Shown here: positions 29,102 to 44,850 of the stretch, in pieces
Position numbering within the stretch: the stretch's first letter is position 1
How the letters are laid out: every line of letters starts with the position of its first letter
Assembly: GCA_963785305.1 (NCBI GenBank)
Contig: CAWAUV010000007.1
Location: 2,112,001 to 2,176,000, forward strand
Source of the DNA: an uncultured Planctomycetaceae bacterium
GTDB taxonomy: Bacteria > Planctomycetota > Planctomycetia > Pirellulales > PALSA-1355
Direction of reading: 5' to 3'
DNA: 64,000 nucleotides
Translations under genes and position numbers: made by a program
Notes under the pieces: generated by a model
Database searches by the model: none
Told to the model about the DNA's origin: nothing
The model's input: only the letters and a program-made list of their open reading frames with translations

Positions 29102-29464
29102 GCCGCGGCCACATGACTCTGGGGCGCGACAGACTGATTATTTGCGTTGGGGGATGGAAAGAGGGGCCTCGGGGCCTCCGAATTCCATCCCCTTGTTTTT
29201 TGGAGTGGCTCTCCCCGGCGTCGCGATACGCATAATCGTTTCCCAATAGGGTAAATGATTTTCCGCGGCGTTTTTTCCGCTCGGCCGGGTAGGCGCGCTT
29301 TCTTTGACACCCCGAGCGCACCGCGCCATACTACCTATATTGCCAACGATATCGGGCGTCGCGGGGAAGACGGTTCGCTGGGCTACTTTGAATTCCCCAC
29401 CGGCGTGATTCGAGCGCCATTGAAAGGGGTCGCAATGTTCGATCGATCGAACCGAGAGGGAGCG

Positions 29465-30661
29465 ATGAAAAGCCGCCTCGCCCCGCTCGCGCTGTTGGCT
29501 TCGGCCGCCATGTTGCTGGTTGCGTTCTCCCCGAGCGCGGTGCGTGCTCAAGCGCCGCCGCTCGACAAAACGACGAGCCCCGAAAAGGCCAGTCCTGGAA
29601 AAGCGAGCCGCAAAAACAACCGGCCGCCGATACTGGCGACGCCGAACTCGACGAATCTCGCGCGATCGAAGCCGCCGCCAAAGCCGATGAGCGAGCCAAA
29701 ACCAAGGCCCGCCTCAAGTCGGCCACGCAAAAAGTGGTTCGCGATCCGGCGATGAAATACACCGACCCGCGCACCTATCGCGTGAAGGTCGGCTTCAAGG
29801 TCGAGGCCGGCGAAGCCGATCTCGTGGGCGTGTCGGCGATCGGGCCGATTCCGATCGACTGGCCCGAGCAAGAAGTTCGCCTGGTGAGCGAGAAGATTCC
29901 TCCGGGAGCGCAGATCACGCAGCAAGTGTCGCCCGGGCAGCGCACCGTGCTGAAGATGAATCTCGCCAGCATCGCGGCTGGCCAGACCGCCACGGTCGAG
30001 CGGCTTTATGAGGTCACGCGGTATCGCATGGAGTTCCAGCTTCCGCCCGAGGAATTGAGCCTGCCGAAGCACACACCCTCGGAGCTGCGCGATCAAATCT
30101 CGGGCATCACGCCGGGCCTCGAGACCAAGCATCCGAAGATCATCGCCCTGACCGAGGAGCTGCGCAAGGAGTCGGCCGACAGCGGGGCGTGGAACGAGGT
30201 GCGCTCGTTTTGGGAATGGAATCGCGACAATGTGAAGTTCGAGCGCGGCGACTTTCGCGGGGCGCTGCTTCGCCGTGGAAAATCGCTGTGGCGACTGCGA
30301 GGAGCTCACCGCGCTCTTCGTGAGCATGTGCCGCATCACGAACATTGGCGCTCGCACCGTGTGGGTCGATGGCACGGCGGCCGGTCACAACTATCCGGAG
30401 TTCTACTTGCTCGACAGGAAGGGCGTGGGCCACTGGATTCCGGCTCAAGTCGTGGGACCAGCCTGGTTCGGCGAGATGTCGGAATATCGCCCGATCTTCC
30501 AGAAAGGCGATCGGTTCTACGATCCCTTCGCCAAGCAGGCGGTGCGTTATTCGCCGCACACTCTGCGCGTGGCCAATGGGGCGAAGGCGAAATTCAAAGT
30601 GATTTTCGAAATCCTGGGCGATCAAGACATCAACGGCCCTTCGTACAACTCGTTGAAGTAA
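29465..30661 (+). CDS. Secreted transglutaminase-like domain protein (frameshifts near 29630 and 30270)
   Basis: Signal peptide; CGDCEELTALFVSMCR..IGARTVWV..GHNYPEFYL...WIP transglutaminase-like core. Confidence 0.8.
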
Positions 30662-30697
30662 TTGTCTTGGCCCCACGACGCCGATAGTGGGTTTTGC

Positions 30698-32431
30698 ATG
30701 CGCCGTTTTTGCCTCGGCCCGCCGGTTCGCGTTTCCTGGTCGCTCGCGATTCGCGCGCTCGGCTTGGCGGGCGCCGCGGCGTGTGCCGTTGGCTTCGTGC
30801 GCGCGGCCGACGACGACAATAGCGAGTCGCGGCTCATCGAACGGCGAACCGAGCGGATGCGTCTTTTGTCCGCGCCGCCCGAGCCGCCGGCCGACGAGAA
30901 CCCGGCCGACGAAAACCCGATCGATCGGTTTCTCGCGGCGGGCTGGTCGAAATTCTCGACCGACGAGCGCCCGAGCCACGCGTGCGACGACGCGACCTTC
31001 GCCCGCCGGGTGTTTTTGGATGTGGTGGGCGTGATTCCCTCCTCCCTGGAACTGAATCGATTTTTGGCCGATTCTTCGTCGCGCAAGCGAGCCAAGCTGG
31101 TCGATCTGCTCCTGGCCCGGCGGGCCGACTACGCCGCGCATTCGGGCGCCCTTTTGGGAAGACGCGCTCGGCAGCCAAACGGTCGTCGCCCAAGGCGGCA
31201 TTCCCACCCATGGAAACTATCGCGCCTGGATCGTCGCCAGCTTCATGGCCAATAAGCCTTATGATGTGATGGTGGCCGAGCTGATCGACCCAAGCATGCC
31301 CGGCCGCAAGCAGGGGCAAGACGAAGACCTCTTCGGCACGAAATACCACATCGAATATATCCGCAACGAAGACCTTGCCGTCACGCTCCAAACGGCGTCG
31401 AACATCGGGCAATTGTTTCTTGCCACGTCGATGAAATGCGCCAGTTGCCACGACCACTTCGAACATCCCGAATGGACTCAAGATCGGTTTCTCGGATTCG
31501 CCAGCATGTTTGCTCCGCGCGATCTGGAGCGAGTGCGCTGCGATGTGCATTCGGGCCAGTTCATCGCGGCGAGGTTTCCGTTCACGCTGGCCGGCAGTCG
31601 ACCCGTGGCGCCGCCGGCGGCGAGCCCCGCGGGGTCGAGTGACGGTTCGGGCGACGCCGGAGTGCTTGCGGCTCGATTGCGACTGGCGGCCCAGGCGATC
31701 ACCGATCCGGCCAACGATCGCTTCTCCAAGAGCCTGGTGAATCGACTCTGGAAGCGATATTTGGGTCTCGGGCTCTTTGAGCCGGCCGACGACTACCGAC
31801 CGGAACTGGCCGGCGTGAACTCCGCGCTGCTCGACTGGCTAGCGCATGATTTCGTGACGCATGGCTACAATATTCAGCACACGGCGCGGCGAATTCTAAC
31901 CAGCCAGGCGTATCAACGGTCCTACGACCCACGGCTCGAAGACCGCTTCGACCCGGCGGCGCCCGCCGCGCCGCGATATTTTCGCTCGCCGACTTCGCGA
32001 CGCTTGACGGCCGAACAGTTCTTCGACAGTGTGCGCATGGCGACCACCGGCGAGCTGAACTCGACGCAGCGAGCCTATCTCGACGCCAGCAGCACGGCGC
32101 TCGGCCAAGCGCTGGGCAAGCCGGCTTCGCGTGGCGAGATCAGCACCGCGCGGAGCGATGAAACCTCGTTGCCCCTGGCATCGAGCTGCTCAATGGCCAT
32201 GAACTGCCGGAGATGATCGAAGCGAGCGCCGTGTTTTCCCGGCCGCTCCGCAAGCAAGACATGCGGCCCGTGGTCGAGCGCGTGTATCATGCGGTGTTGG
32301 GCCGCGCGCCATCGCTCGAGGAAAAGCGGCTGGCGCACGCGTTCCTGGCCAGCTCGCCCTCGATTGCCGATGGGGTCAAGGACCTCCACGCGGTCCTGTT
32401 CATGAGTCCGGAGTTCGAGTTCATTAAATAA
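30698..32431 (+). CDS. DUF1549/DUF1553 (PSD1) planctomycete-type protein (frameshifts near 31140 and 32175)
   Basis: NPIDRFL, FARRVFLDVVGVIP, NKPYD, CASCHDH, VNRLWKRYLGLGL, LLDWLAHDF, RRLTAEQ, SPEFEF. Confidence 0.88.
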
Positions 32432-32694
32432 TCCAGCGAACGCCTTGAAGTGTCCAATTCCCTAAGCCACGCGAGCTGCGGCGATGCCGAAGCGACAGAA
32501 AACAGAATAACCCAATACACAGAAACAACTTATCGCGGCAGCGGATTCTCGATCTACTGTAATTGAAAAACGCGCGGGTGATCCGCGGCGCTGCCGAAAC
32601 ATTGGAAAGATGCTAGTCTTTCGCGACAGTGCTGGAATCGCGCCCGTGTGCGCAATACGATGAAATTCCGCGGGAAAATTCAAAGGGCAAAGCC

Positions 32695-32913
32695 ATGATC
32701 GTCAACGACCCAGCCGCTCAACGAAGCTCACTGACGCCGGCCGAGGCGGCGCAAGTGAGCGCGCTCGTTCAAGAGGAAATTGTCCGCCAACTTGCGGCGC
32801 AGCAGTTCGCGCGAATGGCCGGGGAAGCGTTTTGGCCTGCTTGGCGCTCGGTGTCCGCGCAAATCGAGTCAATCATTCGTCAATCGCAACACGACATGAG
32901 GCGATCCGGCTGA
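32695..32913 (+). CDS. Small hypothetical protein
   Basis: 72-aa ORF with TGATG stop/start overlap with the next gene. Confidence 0.45.
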   Translation: MIVNDPAAQRSSLTPAEAAQVSALVQEEIVRQLAAQQFARMAGEAFWPAWRSVSAQIESIIRQSQHDMRRSG

Positions 32914-33320
32914 TGGCATCTCCAGACGAATCGCTAGACGCTGAAAAAGCGCGAGATGAACCGAGCCGGCAGCCAATCGACCAGCTTCCGCCCGAGGTGA
33001 TTCGAGCAGCCGTGGCGCGGGCGACGCAATCATTCACTTCGGTCCAGCTTGCGATGGGCCCCGCGCCGAATGAGTTTGTGCAAAAACTCGAGCCGGCACA
33101 TATCACGGAGTTGCTCGAAGCGAATGATCGCGAGCGAAAGCGAAACCACGACAGCAATCGCCTCTATTTTGCCGGGACCCTCATCGCGTTTTTCGGAATC
33201 TCGTGGCTCTTTCTCGGATATCAGAAGGGCGAGCTCGTCGAGAAAATCGTTTTGCATTTGATGTCGTTCGGCGCCGGCGCTCTTGGTGGATACGGTTTCG
33301 CCAAAGCGAAAATATCGTGA
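32913..33320 (+). CDS. Small membrane protein with two C-terminal TM helices (DUF2335-like layout)
   Basis: Soluble N-terminus with GPAP, charged helix, then two hydrophobic segments ending GAGALGGYGFAK. Confidence 0.6.
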   Translation: MASPDESLDAEKARDEPSRQPIDQLPPEVIRAAVARATQSFTSVQLAMGPAPNEFVQKLEPAHITELLEANDRERKRNHDSNRLYFAGTLIAFFGISWLFLGYQKGELVEKIVLHLMSFGAGALGGYGFAKAKIS

Positions 33321-33352
33321 CGGCCGCTGAACTTCGTGAAGATTCTGACTGT

Positions 33353-34840
33353 ATGAGCGATACTCGCCCCATCATTCGACGAGAAGTCTTGCGGCGCAGA
33401 GCGCTGGCCGGCGCGGCCCTGCTAGGGCGAAGCGCGCTGCCGGCGATCGCGCGCGGCCTCCGTTCCGGCCCGGCCACGGGCCACGGCCGACAGCGTGATT
33501 TTCATCTGGCTGCCGGGTGGCATCGCCCAAAACGATTGCTGGGACATCAAACGCCACACGCCGTTCGAGCCCGGCATGCGCGGCGACCAGTTGCTTGGCA
33601 CATGTCCTTCGATTCCCACGAGCGTCGACGGGCTTCGCTTCGGCGAAGGGCTCGAGCAGATCGCTTCGGTCATGAACCGCGGCGCGCTTGTGCGGAGCTT
33701 GACCAGCGAAACCAAGTTCGGCGCCGTGCATCTCAAGGCGCAATACGCCATGCTCACCGGATATCTGTTTCCGGTGGGTGTCAAAGCGCCCAGCATCGGC
33801 GCGGTTGTCGGGCGCACGCTGGGACCGCGCGTGGCCGAGGCGCCGCCGTATATCTATATTGGCCGCGATATCGACACGAGCGACACCGAAAAGCAATTTC
33901 TCCACGAGGCGGTCGGCCCCGGCTTTTATGGACCTGAACATGCCCCGCTGATGATTCCCGATCCGGCCGCCGGCCTCGCCACGCTCGGCGCCGCGGCGGG
34001 CATGGATCGCGCCCAGCTCGACCGCAAGCTCGAATATCTTGGCAAGCTGCATGGCCTCTCGGCCGAGGGCCTGCGCGCTTCGGGCAAAGTGGCCGCTTAC
34101 ATGAAGATGCTCGGCCAAGCGCCGGCTGATGGACTCGCCGGTGAAGCGGGCCTTCGAATTCACCCGCGACGAATCGCCCGAGACCTTGGCCGCCTATGCG
34201 CCCCGAATCGCGGCCTCGGAGCTGATCGACAAGAACTATTTCCACGGCAAGCGGTTTGGCCAAGGCTTGCTGCTGCGCGCAGGTTGGTCGAGGCCGGGGC
34301 GAGGTTCGTGCAAGTGGAATATCAATACGGCGCCTTCCGCGGTTTCGACACGCATGAAAACGGCAGCGCGCGGATCTCGGAGATGAAGCGGCAGATCGAT
34401 GGCCCGATCGCCCAGCTCGTTCGCGACCTCGCCCAGCGTGGTTTGCTCGAGCGCACCTTGGTGGTCGTGGCCAGCGAATTCGGCCGCACGGTCGCCAATC
34501 AGCCCAAGGCCGGCATCGAACCGATCGGTTTCGCCGAACGCCAGTCGGGCGCCGATCTCGTGATCGCCGACGAGAAAATGTATGGCTTTCACGGCCACTT
34601 CAGCAGCGCGAATTGCGCCTACTCTTCGGCGGCGGCATCAAGCAGGGGCTCGTGCATGGTCGCACGGCCGACGCCCATCCGATGGTTCCCATCGAGCAGC
34701 CGGTGAATCTGATCGACTTCCACGCGTCGCTCTATCGCGCGCTCGGCATTCCGGCGAATCACTCGTACCTTACCGAGTCGCGACCGTTCTATGTGACCAA
34801 AGACGGCAAGGGGCGGCCGGTCGAGGCGCTCTTCGCCTGA
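33353..34840 (+). CDS. DUF1501 domain protein (several frameshifts)
   Basis: RREVL Tat-like start, VIFIWLPGGIAQ.D.WD.K, PSIGAVV, FGQG.L.ARRLVEAGARFVQV, FDTHEN, LAQRGLLERTLVVVASEFGRT, HASLYRALGI. Confidence 0.88.
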
Positions 34841-34871
34841 GTGCCAAACGTGGAAAACTCGTCCGCCGGCT

Positions 34872-35579
34872 TTAGTCTTGCCGCTTCGGCTCGCTCGCGG
34901 CGGGCTCGGCGGGGTTTGATTCGTCGCCGGGCGGGGGCTCGGGCGTCGCGAACTTTTCGGCGGCTTCTTCCACCATCTCGGCCAGCGATGTCGAAGCCGC
35001 GCGGCTTTTTCGCCAGGCCCAAAACACGGCCGCGCCAACCGCCAGCAGCACCAAGATCGTGAAGAGCCATTCGGACCGCTCGATATAGGGCTGGGCCTTC
35101 TTGCCAAAGGCATAGCTCAGACCGAAGAACGTGCTCACCACGGCCGCCGCGCAAAAGGAGTCGATCAACACAAACCGCCGCATCGGCATCCGCAATATGC
35201 CCACCGCCAGATACACCGGCGCCCGCAGAAACACCATGAACCGCACCACGAGCAGCACCTTGAGCCCGTGCCGCTCGATCCATTTTTCCACTCGCTTCTC
35301 GCGCTCCGCGTGCAACAAGCTGGCGATCCGCGGATGCTTCATCGCCAGCGTGTGGCCGAAGTGATAGCCGATCGAATACAGCACGCAGTCGCCCAGAAGC
35401 GCGCCGATGAAACACGACCCCAGCGCCCACGGCCAATAGAGCTGCTGGATCGACGCGGCGTAGCCGGCATAGAGAATCGGCAATTCCTCGGGCACCGGGA
35501 GTCCCGCGCCCGTGAGAATCAGCACGAGAATAATCAGCCCGTAAGAGCCGGGAGTTAGAATATCCAAGTTTGCGAACAC
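34872..35579 (-). CDS. DedA-family membrane protein
   Basis: GAGLPVPEE, GALLGDCVLYSIG, VRFMVFLRAPVYLAVG DedA/SNARE-associated motifs. Confidence 0.9.
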   Translation of the reverse strand: MFANLDILTPGSYGLIILVLILTGAGLPVPEELPILYAGYAASIQQLYWPWALGSCFIGALLGDCVLYSIGYHFGHTLAMKHPRIASLLHAEREKRVEKWIERHGLKVLLVVRFMVFLRAPVYLAVGILRMPMRRFVLIDSFCAAAVVSTFFGLSYAFGKKAQPYIERSEWLFTILVLLAVGAAVFWAWRKSRAASTSLAEMVEEAAEKFATPEPPPGDESNPAEPAASEPKRQD

Positions 35580-35772
35580 TCCGGCTTGCTATGTAACAGT
35601 CGATCCCCGCGGTCGGGCGATTCCGAACTCCAAAAATATGACAGACAACCGCAAGGGCTGTCGAGCGGGCGCGACGACCGCGAAACGTGGCGAACCGGGC
35701 TTTGCGAGCGCCGCGGTCCCGAGCGATCCCGTCCGCCGGCCCGCGGCGCTGGCCAATCCGAACGCGCCGGCC

Positions 35773-36911
35773 TTATCCATCCGATGGCGACCATTGGCCT
35801 TCGGCCAGCGAGCACGCATGGATTCGCAGTTCTCCGCTCCGCGCTCCCGGCGACACGATCAAGCAACCGATTTCCGGATTTCGCGAGCAGAATTCGCCCG
35901 CCGCCCGCGGACCGAGCACATAGAAGGCGGTGGAGAGCGCATCGGCCAGGGACGCCGTGGGGGCCACGACCGTCGCCGAGAGCACTCCCTCGGCCGGCCA
36001 GCCCGAGCGAGGATCGAGGATATGTCCATATCGCCGGCCTTCGTGCATGAAAAACTGCGTGCCCGAACCGCTCGTGGCCAACGCCTGATTCCTGAGAAAC
36101 AGTTGCCCCAGGCGCCGCTCCGGCCGCAGCGGATTGCGCACTCCGATCCGCCAGCCCACTTCGCGCGGCAAGCCGCCATGGGCTCCCCGGGCCAGCACAC
36201 TGCTATTTCCGCCGTGAAGCAAAAAGTCATCGACTCCCGCGGCCTCGATCAGTTCGGCGGCCCGATCGAGCGCGTAGCCTTTGCCGATCGCTCCCAGATT
36301 AATCTCGACGCCGGGCCGCGAGAAGCGAATGCGGCCCTCGGCCAGATCGCATTGCAGATACTGGCAGCCGACGCGCTCGAGAGCCGCCGCGATTCGCGCC
36401 GGGCTGGGCATCGCGCCCGCGCGGCGCGAAAAACCCCATGTCGCCGAGAGCGGGCCGGCCGTGATATCAAACGCGCCTTGCGTTTCCCCATGCAACCGGC
36501 ACGCGTCGGCGAGCAAGGCCAAGAGTCGTGGCTCGACCGCGACCGGCGCCGCGAACGCATGGGCATTGATTTGGCTGATCTCGCTATGAGCCCGATAAAC
36601 CGAGAGTTGATCCTCGAGCCGGTCGACAAGGTCCAGCGCGGCCAGGGCGGCCGGGGTGCTCGCGGGGTGCTGGCCGGCGTTGAAGACGAATTCGAATTTG
36701 CAGGCCATCGCGGCGCGCTCGAACCGCACCAGATTCACCACTCGCGCGCGGTCGGGGAAGTCGACGTCGAGATCGGTTGGGCGCTCGGCCAGCGGATCGG
36801 ATGTCGGATCGGGCAGCGGCGGCGCAGCGCGTCGGAGAGCTGGCCGAGGGCGTCGGCGAGCGCTTTGCCGCGGAGAAAGTCGCGTCGCGAGCTTTGCGAT
36901 CCGTCGTTCAT
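35773..36911 (-). CDS. apbE: Second FAD:protein FMN transferase ApbE (frameshift near 36800)
   Basis: AMAC, LSVYRAHSEISQIN, GAFDITAGPL, INLGAIGKGYALD, LATSGS, YGHILDPRSGWP, ADALSTA; N-terminal SRRDFLRG. Confidence 0.9.
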
Positions 36912-37048
36912 GCGCAGCCTTCGAGTCTTCAAGCCGATCGGAAACGGAAAATCGTTAAAAAATCCTCGCGAAGCCGCGCGGCGCCATCGGGCGCCCTGGT
37001 CGAACTTGCATCATAATCGAAATCCGGCTTTCGCGCACCCGCCGACCG

Positions 37049-37104
37049 GGCGAACTGGCGGACAGGCCGTACTGGCGGAGTGGCGAACTGGCGGATAGGG
37101 CGAA
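37049..37104. repeat. Three direct repeats with core ACTGGCGGA at 16-17 nt spacing
   Basis: Cores at 37054, 37071 and 37087 in the divergent intergenic region apbE2 / cytochrome c. Confidence 0.7.
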
Positions 37105-37264
37105 GAATGTGAACTGAATCGCAGGACTTCAAAAACGGCGCGGTTCAAGCGATAATAAAATCGTTATCGGCGGCGGCGGTTCCGCCGCGGGCCTCGGCGC
37201 GTTTTCGAGGCGCGTTCCGTTGAACAAGCCCGAAGTGTTGCAGCCCCCTGGGAGATCACGCGCG

Positions 37265-38214
37265 ATGCGGCATGCCCTTTGGAAGTCCTGCGGTTTGACT
37301 CTGGCGCTCCTGCTGATGGCGGCGACGCTCTGGGCCGGCGCGATCAAGCGGGCCAAGCCGCCACACTGGTCGTCGAGCGTGAGTGGAGCGTTTTTCACCG
37401 ATGCGCGAAAAGCTCGAGGGCGAGCGTCCGGCCCCCGGCGCCGGGCGCTGGCCCCGCGGCGGGCGCTCCGGCCGGCATGGCCGAAGCCGACTCGGGCGCC
37501 GCTGCCGGTGGCTCCTATGCCTGGAGCAAGCTCATCGGCTCCGAGGAGCTCGAAGACGAAATCAAGACGACGCAAAAGAAATTCAGCGAGCTGATCACTC
37601 TGCCCGCGCCATTCAAGGGCGGCGGTTACAAGGATGCCCGACGCCTGCTCTCCGAGCTCGCGTTGCTGTTTGGGATTATCGCCGAATACGATGGCGAAGT
37701 GCGGTGGAAGAAAGAAGCACCCAGCATGCGCGAGTTGCTGGCCCGCACCGGCTTCAATTGCAAAGTCGGCACGGATGCTTCGTACAACGAAGCCAAGCTG
37801 CGGAAGGACGAACTGGAGACCCTGGTCCGCGGCGGCGGCGGGCCCTCGGTGCCGAATGTCGAAGTGAAGGCGGTTTGGGACAAAGTGGCGGGCCGGCCGC
37901 CGCTGATGCAGAGGCTTGAAATGGCCCAGCAGCAGACCGTGGCCACGAGCATGGCGAGCGCCGGCGATTTCAATAAGAACCAAGAAAAGGTGCTCAAGGA
38001 AGCGGAGTTGATTGCCGCGATCGCCGAAGTGATTACCCGCGAAGGCTACGAATTCGCCGACGATCAGGGCTACCAAAAGTTCGCCAAGGATATGCGCGCC
38101 GCGGCGATCGAAGTGTCGGAAGCGGCCAAGAGCAAGAACTACGACGCGGCCCGCGCCGCCAGCGGCAAGATCGACAAATCGTGCAGCCAGTGCCACGAAG
38201 GCTTCCGCAGTTGA
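37265..38214 (+). CDS. Secreted class II (cytochrome c'-like) c-type cytochrome (frameshift near 37405)
   Basis: Signal peptide; helical protein with C-terminal CSQCH followed by EGFRS*. Confidence 0.78.
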
Positions 38215-38253
38215 GCGACGCGCGCGGCCGCCGCGCCGAGCCTCGCCGCACGA

Positions 38254-40516
38254 CTAACCGCGCCGCTTGAGAAAGCCGGGCAGGAGCTGCGCGGCGCAGG
38301 CCTTCGGCGGGCTTGGGTTTGACCGGCGGCGTTTCCTCGGTGGCCATCAAGTAGCTCTTGATGCTCGCCATCACGAGCCGCGCCCGCTCGGTCGAATCGG
38401 CCCGACGCCGGTCGCGATGGCGCTTCGGGCGAATCGCCGCGTAGATCTGGGTGCGCACATGGCGTTTGGGCAGTGTGCCGTCTTCCGAGGCGTCTTGACC
38501 TTCCTCCGTGAGTCGAATTTCGACGAGAAACGGCACCGCGCGGTCGCCGCTGCGGCGCAGGAGCGGCTGCCGCTGGCCTTCGATACGCAGAATGAATCGT
38601 CTCGCCATCGATCGATTCGATCTCCGCGAAGTGGTCCATCACGAAGCCGCGCAGCTTTTCGATCGCCACCTGCATCGGCACCATCGTGCTCATCCACTTC
38701 TCGACCAGGAGCTCATTGCCGCCGCGGCCAAACCAGCCGCGCCGCTGAGCCGGTTCGTCGGCCGCGACGATTCCGCCGCCAAGCTGCACGACCATGTTCC
38801 GGCCGCGCTGCTTCGCTTCGAGCAGCGCCCGATCCGCTCGGCGCAGCATCGTGGCGGGCGTGTCGCCGTGTTGCACTTCGGTCACGCCGAAGCTGGCCGT
38901 GATGCACTGGCCGCGTAGCGCGGGTTGCGGCAACTGACTCACCGCGCGGCGGATCTCCTCGGCCCGATCGGCCGCCGTGCTGTTGTTGCAATCGGCGCAC
39001 AGGAGCACGAATTCCTCGCCGCCGTAGCGGGCCGCGAGATCGCCGGGCTGGCAGAAGCCCTTGAGCATTTGAGCGAAGCTCTTCAGCGCCTCGTCGCCGG
39101 CCGGGTGCCCGTAGGTGTCGTTGATGCGTTTGAAATGATCGATATCGCAAATCACGAGGCTGCAAGGCAAGCAGCGCTCGAGATGCTCCTTGACGAAGAT
39201 TTCAAGCGCCCGATCGAACTCCGCCCGGTTCGCCACTTGCGTGAGCGGGTCCTTCGTGGCCCGGTCGTGCAGCGATTGGCAGCGTTTTTCGAGCGAGGCC
39301 TCGGGCGAGGCGTCGTGCAGCACCACGGTGGCGCCATGCGTGACGCCGTCTTTATCCACGACCGGCACCGCGTGCATATCCACTTGCACCAGCCGGCCGC
39401 TGCGACCATGGATCGTCAGCCGCCGCAGGGATTGAGCCCCGCTTTGAATCGCATAGCGCACCGGGCAGTCGCCGGGCAACAGCTCATCGCCGCAGTCGTC
39501 GGTCAGTTGGATCAGCTCGGGCGACCACGAATGATCGATCACGCTGGCCGCGCCAGACCGGTGAGGCGTTCGGCCCCACGATTCCAAAGCGTGATCTTCA
39601 AGGTGCGATCGACGAACACCACCGCGTCGTGCATGTTTTCGAGCAGCTTTTGCTGAAACACATCGAACGGCAAGTCGGCCGTGGCCGGGGCCGCGGGCTT
39701 CCATTGCCAAAGCCGATCGGCCGAACGCGGGTCGAGCTCCGTGAGCCACCGCCGAGCAACACGGGTTTGCAGGTCCACATTGTCGTGAACCACGCTGAAT
39801 ACCTTGACCAGATCGGGATCGAACTGATTGCCCGCGCCGCCGTACAGTTCGCTCATCGCCCGATCGTGCGACATCGCGCGGCGATACACCTGATCGGTCG
39901 TCATCGAGTCAAACGCGTCGACGATCGCCAGCACTCGTGATCCGAGCGGAATTTCTTGAGCCCGTAGCGGATAGCCGGCCCGTGAGCCATCGAACCAAGC
40001 GGGCGCATGGCGCACGATTTCCAGGATATTGGCCGAAGTGCAGCAACTGCGGAGAATATCGAGGCCCACGAGGCGGTGCCGATCGACGATCCCCATTTCA
40101 TCGGGCAGCAGCAGGCCCGGCTTGAGCAGAATCGCATCGGGCACGCCGAGCTTACCGATATCATGCAAGAGCGCGGCGATTTCGAGTTCGTCGCGTGAAG
40201 TTTCATCCATCTCCAAGGCATATGCCCACGCCGAGCACCCGAGCGCCACCCGCAGGCTATGCGAAGCCGTGGGCAAGTGTTTCGATCGCATGGCGAGAAA
40301 CAAGGCGCCGGCGAGCCCGAGCCGTGCTTCGGCCAAGCGATTTTCGTGATGCAACTCGGCGGCTTGGGGCACAAGTGTCGCGGTGGCGGCGTCGAACTGG
40401 TCGATCAAAGCGGCCACCTCGGTCAACCGCTCGGTGAGCGGAGGCGCGGCGTCGAGCGGCGATCGATCGACTTGGGAGTTCAAGGATTGAGACACGTTGC
40501 GGCGCCCCCGAAGCAT
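38254..40516 (-). CDS. HD-GYP + PAS + GGDEF diguanylate cyclase (frameshifts near 39550, 38590 and 38290)
   Basis: HSLRVA, LLHDIGKLGVPDAILLKPG, AIVDAFDSMT; PAS (DAVVFVD..ITLWNRGAERLTG); DPLTQVANR, DIDHFKRINDTYGHPAGD, RYGGEEF. Confidence 0.88.
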
Positions 40517-40818
40517 GTGGCAGGAACATGGCGGCGAAATTCCAGCAGCCAGCGGCAACGAAAGCCCCCGGGCCACGAATGCTTCGCGGCGCATCAGGCT
40601 GCTATCAAAAGCTAGTTTGAGCGTCAGGTAAGTCAAATGCCGCACGAACGTTCCGGCTCATGCGGATCGTTCCGGGGGGCGAGAGGTCGCGGGCCGCGAG
40701 AATCGCCCCCGGCGCCGAGGCCGGCGAATCGTTACCACCGGCGCCAGCGGCACGCTCTGGCCAGCGGCCTCGGAATCGGCGTGGCCCACCGCCCTCGGCG
40801 GGCGCTCCGAGGTTTTGA

Positions 40819-44724
<3,906 letters not shown>

Positions 44725-44850
44725 TCCGCGGGGAGTGACGCCCCGCTTCGGGCTGGGGTAAAATAAAGCTAGCCGCGGGCGACGAATGTGGGTCGGCGGC
44801 GATGCGTCTTCTTGGCGGATATTCCTCGCGGATTTGCAAAAGTCGAGCCC

